Part shown: piece by piece, positions 25,776 through 32,000 of the stretch
Numbering within the stretch: position 1 is the first letter of the stretch
Layout: the number at the start of each line of letters is the position of its first letter
Assembly (NCBI RefSeq): GCF_051201565.1
Contig: NZ_CP179200.1
Span: forward strand, 780,001 to 812,000
DNA length: 32,000 nt
Origin: Pseudothioglobus sp. nBUS_23
GTDB taxonomy: Bacteria; Pseudomonadota; Gammaproteobacteria; PS1; Pseudothioglobaceae
Direction of reading: 5' to 3'
The notes under the pieces: model-generated
Databases searched by the model: none
Seen by the model: the letters and a program-made list of their open reading frames with translations, nothing else
What the model was told of the DNA's origin: nothing
Translations under genes and position numbers: made by a program

Positions 25776-26443
25776 TCTGCAGAATCATCCATCATGTACC
25801 CAATGCCCCTAGCAGTTATTATTGTAATGTTATAAATTGAGAGAGTTTTTCTTAAGCGAGATACACTGATTTCAATCGCGTTGGCATTTACATCTGCTCC
25901 AACACCGTATTGTGTATCAACAAGATGTGACTTAGAAATGTATTGACCTTTTTTATTTAATAAAATTTCAAACAAGGTCAATTCTCTTCTGTTCAGTGTT
26001 ATCTCAAAGTTTTTATGAAAAATTCTTCGAGAATTTCTATCAAATTCTATTGTTCCAATTTTTTCACGAGGCGCTAAAACAGGATTAATTCTTCTTGATA
26101 GTGCTCTTATTCGAGCATCTAGTTCATCCATTTTAAAGGGCTTGACTAGATAGTCATCTGCACCAGCATCAAGACCAATGACACGATCTTTTGTAGCTCC
26201 TCGAGCTGTTAATATAATAATTGGGAAAATTTGATTACGCTTTCTAATATTTTTTGTCAGTGAAATTCCATCTAGGCCTGGTAAATTTATATCAATAATT
26301 GCAAGATCAGCACCTTCATGCTCAAGATGTTGATCAGCGTAACTACCATCAATGAAATAATCAACTGAATGCCCCTCATCCAAAAGAACTTTTTGAATGC
26401 CCTGTGCAAGCATTTGATTGTCTTCTACCAGTACAATTCTCAT
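25772..26443 (-). CDS. tctD: OmpR-family response regulator, TctD-like
   Basis: 223 aa. The receiver domain has MRIVLVEDN, LAIIDINLPGLDG and VKPF, and a winged-helix output domain is present (RGIGYMM). It overlaps the kinase start by 4 nt. The symbol is assigned from synteny only. Confidence 0.85.
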   Translation of the reverse strand: MRIVLVEDNQMLAQGIQKVLLDEGHSVDYFIDGSYADQHLEHEGADLAIIDINLPGLDGISLTKNIRKRNQIFPIIILTARGATKDRVIGLDAGADDYLVKPFKMDELDARIRALSRRINPVLAPREKIGTIEFDRNSRRIFHKNFEITLNRRELTLFEILLNKKGQYISKSHLVDTQYGVGADVNANAIEISVSRLRKTLSIYNITIITARGIGYMMDDSAE

Positions 26444-26600
26444 TTCAAATTAAACTCCCCAAAAAAAAGTATAAATGAATTTAAATATCCAGGTAGATTC
26501 ATTTCTAATTCTGAAAGGTTCCTGACAGCTAAAAAATCTATTATGGGTATACTAAGTTTTTTAATATTTGAAAATATTTTTCACTTTAGGAATAGGGACC

Positions 26601-27692
26601 ATGAAAAAAACTTTAAATTTAGGGTTTAAGATTTCCTCCCTACTTTTTTCTTTTTTATTGCTTGTTTCAAGTAGTTCATCTGCATTGATAAATTATGAAG
26701 GGCAAGTTATTAAGTGGGTTGTGCCTTTTTCTGCTGGGGGTGGTGCTGATGTATTGGCAAGGTTCTACGCTCCTTTGCTTAGTGAAAATTTGCCAGGAAG
26801 GCCAGATGTTGAGGTCATTAATATGCCTGGAGCCGGCTCTACAAAGGGTGCCAATTGGTTTAGCTCAGAGGCTCCAGTTAATGGAAAAGTTATTTTTTCT
26901 ACATCCGGCTCTACCCAATTTCCATTTTTGCTTGACGACCCAAGAGTTAAATACAACTACAATGACTGGGAAGTGATATTGGCATCTTCAACTGGGGGTG
27001 TTGCTTATCTTCCTTCTGAACTAGGGTCTCTTTGGAATGAAGATTTAAAGTCAGCTCTAGATGTTAATTTTGTATATGCCTCACAAGGACCAACACGACT
27101 TGATCTTGTTCCTCTTTTGGCTTGGAGTATGCTCGGTATGAATGTTGATCCTATTTTTGGCATCAAAGGCCGAGCCGATGGACGTTTGATGTTTGAACAA
27201 GGGTATGTCAATATTGACTATCAAACTTCATCATCTTTCTTAGCGAAAGTGACACCTCTTGTTGAGAATGGGCATGCAGTACCAATCATGACTTGGGGTA
27301 TTTTGGATGACAATGGTTACATCATTAGGGATCCAAACTTCCCAGACATACCAACGTTTCGAGAAGTTTATGTAAAAGTTCATAATGAAGAACCATCTGG
27401 AAGTGCTTGGGATGCATGGAAGGCCTTCTTTATTGCTGGATTTTCGGCACAAAAAATGGTAGTCATAAACAAGAATACTGATGATGAGATTATTGATCTA
27501 TTTTCTCAAGCATTTGAGGATATTATTAACCAGAAAAACTTTTCTCAGATCTCAAAAAACTCTCTAGGTGTCTATCCTCAGTCTACTGGCTTGAAGGCTA
27601 TAAAATTTAAAGAAAGAGCCACGCAGATTGATCCTGATGCAATTTCTTGGGTTAAAAACTGGCTCAATGATAGTTACAATCTTAATTTATAA
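26601..27692 (+). CDS. Divergent, elongated TctC/Bug-family periplasmic solute-binding protein (extra copy)
   Basis: I chose the ATG at 26601 over the TTG at 26568 in the track. This gives the signal peptide MKKTLNLGFKISSLLFSFLLLVSSSSSA. The Bug-family signature VVPFSAGGGADVLARFYAPLL..NMPGAGSTKG is present. At 364 aa it is longer than the ~320 aa I regard as usual. Confidence 0.75.
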   Translation: MKKTLNLGFKISSLLFSFLLLVSSSSSALINYEGQVIKWVVPFSAGGGADVLARFYAPLLSENLPGRPDVEVINMPGAGSTKGANWFSSEAPVNGKVIFSTSGSTQFPFLLDDPRVKYNYNDWEVILASSTGGVAYLPSELGSLWNEDLKSALDVNFVYASQGPTRLDLVPLLAWSMLGMNVDPIFGIKGRADGRLMFEQGYVNIDYQTSSSFLAKVTPLVENGHAVPIMTWGILDDNGYIIRDPNFPDIPTFREVYVKVHNEEPSGSAWDAWKAFFIAGFSAQKMVVINKNTDDEIIDLFSQAFEDIINQKNFSQISKNSLGVYPQSTGLKAIKFKERATQIDPDAISWVKNWLNDSYNLNL

Positions 27693-27849
27693 ATCGAAAA
27701 AAAATAGTAAAAATCTGACAGGTTTTTGAAAGATTCAAAGACTATCATCGATTTATCAATTAAGAAAATATTTTTTGATCTCCTTGAATATTTGATTAAT
27801 TGTTAATCCACTTAATTTTGAGTGGATCTTTAAAACGGAGAGTTAAATT

Positions 27850-28830
27850 ATGAAAAAAATGTTCATAAAATTAATATCCTTCTTGTTCATGATTGGCGCT
27901 CTTTCAAGTTCTGCAATTGCAATTGAAAAATTGCATTTTGTTGTGCCTGGAGGCGCCGGTGGTGGATGGGATGGATGTGCAAGAGGAACTGGAGAGGCCT
28001 TAGTTAAATCTGGTCTGCTCGAGTCTGCATCTTTTGAAAACATGTCAGGTGGAGGCGGTGGTAAAGCACTTTCATGGATGATTAAAACAATGCCTGAAAA
28101 TACAGTTATGGTTCAATCAACTCCAATTGTACTTCGTTCAATTAGTCGTCATTCTGGTTACGTTTCTGATAGCGCTGCTAGTGGCGTTTTATCCTATAAG
28201 GATGTAACTCCAATTGCTGGTATTATTGGTGATTATGGCGCCTTAGCTGTTGCTGCAGACTCACCATTCAAAACATTCCAAGACGTTGTTGATGCATACA
28301 ATGCAAATCCTAAGTCAGTGAAGATGGCTGGTGGATCAACACGCGGAAGCATGGACCATTTGATTGGTGCTTTGGCATTTCAATCAGCTGGGGCAAATCC
28401 TAATGATGTAGTTTATATACCCTATGATGGTGGTGGTGCTGCTTTAGCTGGACTATTATCTGGTGAAGGTCAAATTCTATCTACTGGATTCAGTGAAGCG
28501 TTAGCTGCAGGTGACCAAGTGCGCATTTTAGGTATTACTGCAAATGAACGTTCAGCTGATGCTCCAAGTGTGCCAACACTTAAAGAGCAGGGCTATGATG
28601 CATACTTTGTAAACTGGAGAGGTTTCTTCGGTCCACCAAATATGAATGCAGCTGATAGATATGAAATTGCTAAAATGCTAGGAGACATGCAAAGCACTCC
28701 AGAGTGGGAAGTTGTTCGTAAGCGTAACGCTTATGTCAATATCTATAACCCTGGATTTGACTTTATGGGCTTCTTAGAAAAGCAAACAGAAGAAATGACT
28801 GACCTAATGAAACAATTAGGCGTTATCTAA
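27850..28830 (+). CDS. tctC: Tripartite tricarboxylate transporter substrate-binding protein
   Basis: 326 aa with the signal peptide MKKMFIKLISFLFMIGALSSSAIA. It has the motifs FVVPGGAGGGWDGCAR and NMSGGGGGKA, and the typical TctC length. Codon bias is of the highly expressed type. Confidence 0.88.
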   Translation: MKKMFIKLISFLFMIGALSSSAIAIEKLHFVVPGGAGGGWDGCARGTGEALVKSGLLESASFENMSGGGGGKALSWMIKTMPENTVMVQSTPIVLRSISRHSGYVSDSAASGVLSYKDVTPIAGIIGDYGALAVAADSPFKTFQDVVDAYNANPKSVKMAGGSTRGSMDHLIGALAFQSAGANPNDVVYIPYDGGGAALAGLLSGEGQILSTGFSEALAAGDQVRILGITANERSADAPSVPTLKEQGYDAYFVNWRGFFGPPNMNAADRYEIAKMLGDMQSTPEWEVVRKRNAYVNIYNPGFDFMGFLEKQTEEMTDLMKQLGVI

Positions 28831-28857
28831 TCTGAATATCTAAAGGGAGGAAGGCAA

Positions 28858-29322
28858 ATGACTATCAACTATACAAGGATAAGTGCTTTTGTCTTTCTCC
28901 TTATTTTTCTTATTTATTCTTATCTTGCTGGTGAGATTAGAGTGTTTGCATTTGATGAAAATGCAGACTTTAATGCAAGAACTTTTCCTAAGCTTATTTC
29001 TTATTTAGGTATTTTAGTTTCACTTCTCACGCTAGTCTTATCAAAAAATGAAAAAGAGGATATGGGGCAGTATGAATGGGTCAGTGTTATTATTTTATTT
29101 GCTCTAGTTTTTTCATACGGACTTTTAATTAAAACAATTGGGTTTTTTGTCTCAACCAACTTATTTTTGGTTATATCTTATTTATATTTGGGTGTTCGAA
29201 GCTACAAGGTCATTATTTTTAGCTCTTTCCCAGTAGTGGCAGGACTCCAGTTTATGCTTCATGGGTTGCTAGATGTCTACATTAGAGATCCATTTTTACA
29301 GTTTTTAGGAGTTATATCATGA
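28858..29322 (+). CDS. tctB: Tripartite tricarboxylate transporter small membrane subunit
   Basis: 154 aa with four hydrophobic helices. It sits between tctC and tctA, is preceded by a strong SD (AGGGAGGAAGG), and overlaps the tctA start by 4 nt. Confidence 0.75.
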   Translation: MTINYTRISAFVFLLIFLIYSYLAGEIRVFAFDENADFNARTFPKLISYLGILVSLLTLVLSKNEKEDMGQYEWVSVIILFALVFSYGLLIKTIGFFVSTNLFLVISYLYLGVRSYKVIIFSSFPVVAGLQFMLHGLLDVYIRDPFLQFLGVIS

Positions 29323-30821
29323 TAGAAGGCATGATGATGGGTATTAACACTGCTTTCAGTGGCTATAACATTCTAATGGTTATGATGGGTTGTTTTGCTG
29401 GAACCATCATAGGGATGCTTCCAGGACTTGGACCAATGTCTGCGATAGCATTAATGATTCCAATTACTTATGGTTTTGATCCAGCCTCAGCCATGATATT
29501 GATGGCAGGGGTATATTATGGCGCCATCTTTGGTGGCTCTACATCATCAATTCTAATTAATGCTCCAGGAGTTGCTGGAACCGTTTCGAGTTCATTTGAT
29601 GGTTATCCAATGTCCCAAAAAGGTCACGCAGGTAAGGCGCTTGCTATAGCTGCATATGCATCATTTTCTGGCGGAACAATTGCTGCTTTATTTTTATTAG
29701 TGGCTGCACCGCAGCTAGCTAAAGTTAGCCTTAGCTTCCAGTCAGCAGATTATTTTGCCTTAATGTGTGTGGGGTTGCTATCTATTGCAGCTTTCGCAAG
29801 TAAGGGTCAATTCTTAAAGGCAATGATTATGACAGCGCTTGGTTTGGCGCTTTCAACTGTTGGACAAGACTCATTGTCTGACATTACGCGTTTTGCATTT
29901 GGAAATATTAATTTAATGGATGGTATCAGCTTTGTGCTTTTAGTCATGGCAACCTTTGCGATGAGTGAAGCGTTTATGATTATTTTCAAAAAAATGGACA
30001 TTAACTTCAAGTCTTCTGATGTGAGTAAGGCGAGTCTGGGTTCAATTAAATTATCTAAGAAAGAAGTAAAAGAAATGGTTCCAACAATCGGAAGAACATC
30101 TGTATTAGGTTTTTTTGTGGGTGTGCTGCCGGGTGCTGGAGCTACAATCGCTAGTTTCTTGGCTTGGGGTTTTGAGAGAAGTATAGCTTCTGCTAAAGAT
30201 AAACTAAAATTTGGTAAAGGCTCGATTAAGGGTTTGGCAGCTCCTGAAACGGCCAATAATGCTGCCTGTACAGGATCTTTTGTACCATTATTAACTTTGG
30301 GAATTCCTGGATCTGGAACTACTGCTGTTATGTTAGGAGCATTGCTGTCCTTTGGTGTTCAACCTGGTCCAAGGTTATATGTTGAGCAGCCAGAACTTTT
30401 TTGGGCTGTCATTATTTCTATGTATATTGGTAACGTTGTATTATTGGTCTTAAATTTACCGTTAATACCCTATATTGCAAGAATATTAGCAATACCTAAA
30501 AACATTCTTGTTCCGCTAGTCTTGTTCTTTTCAGTAACTGGCGTCTATTTGATTTCATTCAATTCGTTTGATATTTACTTCATGGCGATAGTTGCATTAA
30601 TTTCATTAGTTTTAAGAGTGTTGAACTATCCAATGCCTCCTCTAATACTTGGATTTATTCTTGGCGGAATGCTTGAAAAGAATTTGAGAAGAGCAGTCCT
30701 AATCAATGATGGTTCATTCTCATTCATTTGGGAAAGGCCAATTAGTTTGTCTCTGTTTATTATCGCTATTCTTATTGTCCTGTTACAGGTCTATCAGGGA
30801 TTCAAGAAAGAAAAAGAATAG
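29319..30821 (+). CDS. tctA: Tripartite tricarboxylate transporter large permease
   Basis: 500 aa and polytopic. GMLPGLGPMSAIALMIP, YYGAIFGGSTSSILINAPG, GVLPGAGATIASF and AAPETANNAA are characteristic TctA motifs. Confidence 0.92.
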   Translation: MIEGMMMGINTAFSGYNILMVMMGCFAGTIIGMLPGLGPMSAIALMIPITYGFDPASAMILMAGVYYGAIFGGSTSSILINAPGVAGTVSSSFDGYPMSQKGHAGKALAIAAYASFSGGTIAALFLLVAAPQLAKVSLSFQSADYFALMCVGLLSIAAFASKGQFLKAMIMTALGLALSTVGQDSLSDITRFAFGNINLMDGISFVLLVMATFAMSEAFMIIFKKMDINFKSSDVSKASLGSIKLSKKEVKEMVPTIGRTSVLGFFVGVLPGAGATIASFLAWGFERSIASAKDKLKFGKGSIKGLAAPETANNAACTGSFVPLLTLGIPGSGTTAVMLGALLSFGVQPGPRLYVEQPELFWAVIISMYIGNVVLLVLNLPLIPYIARILAIPKNILVPLVLFFSVTGVYLISFNSFDIYFMAIVALISLVLRVLNYPMPPLILGFILGGMLEKNLRRAVLINDGSFSFIWERPISLSLFIIAILIVLLQVYQGFKKEKE

Positions 30822-30897
30822 AAGTTAATATCTATTTATAAGGCAAGCTAATCCTAGTTTAAAATAGCAATCTTGTTTAAATGATGTTTATCAAATT

Positions 30898-31281
30898 ATG
30901 GCACCTGAATCTGTATTAGAGCAATGGGCTCAATGTTTCAATAATGGAGATTTGGATGGAATTACGAGACTCTATCATATAGATAGCACTCTATTGCCTA
31001 CCTTTAAACCAGTCCTAATGAATTCTAGAGATCAAATATCTGGTTACTTTAGTGCAGCAATTGGCGGTAAGGCCTCAATTGACTTTAATGTCAAAAAATC
31101 CATCAGAACAGAACTCTCGGAAAGTACGTATTTAATGACTGGTAGTTATATTTTTTGTCTACCTAGCAAGGGTGGAGAAGAATATGAATCTTGGTACAGT
31201 TTTGTAATTGACACTGCTAAGGACTCTCCAATTATGCATCACCACTCCTCTAGAGTGCCATTTGATTTTGATTTAACTTAA
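30898..31281 (+). CDS. NTF2-like / SnoaL-DUF4440-type small protein
   Basis: 127 aa. The N-terminal WAQCFNNGDLDGITRLYHIDSTLLPTF is the typical opening helix motif of DUF4440/SnoaL-like cone folds. The function is unknown. Confidence 0.55.
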   Translation: MAPESVLEQWAQCFNNGDLDGITRLYHIDSTLLPTFKPVLMNSRDQISGYFSAAIGGKASIDFNVKKSIRTELSESTYLMTGSYIFCLPSKGGEEYESWYSFVIDTAKDSPIMHHHSSRVPFDFDLT

Positions 31282-31314
31282 CTACCTGATTTTTAAATTC
31301 ATATTTCGATTCAA

Positions 31315-31354
31315 ATTGTAACATTTTGTAACAAATGGATACAGTTTGATACAA
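31315..31354 (+). promoter_or_regulatory. Four 10-bp-phased direct repeats upstream of the glucose-type SBP gene; candidate activator (response-regulator-type) binding array
   Basis: The repeats are TTGTAACA (31316-31323), TTGTAACA (31326-31333), TGGATACA (31336-31343) and TTGATACA (31346-31353), exactly 10 bp apart. A TATAAT hexamer at 31410-31415 has no recognisable -35. Confidence 0.4.
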
Positions 31355-31430
31355 CCCCACTAATAAACTGATTTCAATTCTGCTCAATGGTGTGCAGGAT
31401 GTGATTCATATAATTTAATGGAGAAAAATA

Positions 31431-32000
31431 TGAAGAATACTAAGTTAACAACGCTAGCTGCGTCAGCGCTACTAGCAACTACAACATCTGTTAGTGCAGC
31501 TGATGTAGAGGTTTTGCACTGGTGGACTAGTGGTGGTGAAGCTGCAAGTGTAAATTATTTAAAAGGCAAACTAAGTGACGCTGGAGTTGGTTGGACTGAC
31601 TTCGCTGTAGCTGGTGGTGGTGGTGAAAACGCTATGACTGTACTTAAGTCAAGAGCTATTTCAGGTAACCCGCCTACAGCAGCACAAATCAAAGGCCCTT
31701 CAATTCAAGAGTGGGGTGATCTAGGATTCTTAGCTGACATTAATGGTGTTGCAGAAAAGAACAACTGGGATGAGTTATTACCAGCAGTTGTTGCTGACGT
31801 AATGAAGCACGAAGGCAAATATGTTGCTGCTCCAGTAAACGTTCACAGAGTAAACTGGATGTGGTCTAACCCAGAAGTTTTTCGTGCTGCAGGCGCGACT
31901 ATCCCAACAACTTGGGACGACTTCATGGTTCAAGCTAAAAAGCTTCAAGATGCTGGTTACGTTGCACTAGCTCACGGTGGTCAGCCATGGCAAGATGCAA
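31431..32000 (+). CDS. Glucose/mannose-type ABC transporter substrate-binding protein (GtsA-like), N-terminal 190 codons (continues past window end)
   Basis: An SD (GGAGA at 31421-31425) precedes the ATG at 31431. The signal peptide is [23 protein letters not shown]. The mature N-terminus [18 protein letters not shown], plus [17 protein letters not shown], is characteristic of GtsA/GltB-type glucose-binding proteins. The frame is open to the window edge. Confidence 0.88.

Noticed and set aside
26522-26528. Shared CTGACAG plus TGAAAG motifs upstream of both TctC-type genes (26512-26528 and 27715-27732) as a possible TctD box. Also the AAATGAAT/ATTCATTT inverted repeat at 26473-26504 and the AATATTT-GA-AAATATT repeat at 26562-26577.
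   Set aside because: The motifs are short, their relative order differs between the two sites, and CTGACA also occurs elsewhere (e.g. 20592-20597). A 6-7-mer is expected many times by chance in 32 kb on both strands, and the inverted repeats are AT-rich. This is not enough to call a binding site.
1-32000. Scan for CRISPR arrays, tRNA/rRNA genes, IS elements, prophage genes, toxin-antitoxin pairs or known defence-system genes.
   Set aside because: Intergenic regions are all shorter than ~250 bp, and none shows repeat-spacer structure or cloverleaf-like sequence. Every long ORF is accounted for by metabolic, transport, regulatory or DNA-repair families.

Overview
AT-rich, very tightly packed bacterial chromosome segment. 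By eye it looks like a streamlined, probably marine, Proteobacterium; that is inference only. I found no rRNA, tRNA, CRISPR, transposase or integrase. The content is metabolic and regulatory, in this order. (1) 1-5855: the 3' end of an SMP-30-type lactonase, a GH42 beta-galactosidase, an IclR regulator with an orphan MalK-type ABC ATPase, and glycerol kinase. (2) 5852-17163: a minus-strand operon (DeoR regulator, LacD/YihT-like class I aldolase, FucI/AraA-like isomerase, Gfo/Idh/MocA oxidoreductase, PfkB kinase, D-2-hydroxyacid dehydrogenase) divergent from a 4-gene CUT1-type sugar ABC importer. One permease of that importer carries a ~215-aa periplasmic insertion. (3) 17212-18576: an 8-oxoguanine-deaminase-like amidohydrolase. 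(4) 18597-20516: a umuDC-type translesion polymerase operon. Its UmuD has a ~50-aa N-terminal extension, and the operon is preceded by a consensus sigma70 promoter and a 29-bp palindrome. (5) 20688-24390: a small unknown protein, then an OmpR/HK pair translationally coupled to an AGE-family epimerase/isomerase. (6) 24387-30821: a TctE/TctD-like pair divergent from an extra TctC-like binding protein and tctCBA. (7) 30898-32000: an NTF2-like protein and the 5' part of a GtsA-like glucose/mannose binding protein. The most interesting items are the uncharacterised isomerase-kinase-aldolase locus with its unusual transporter and the long UmuDAb-like UmuD with a non-canonical operator. All function calls rest on motif recognition in the translations; no database search was possible.
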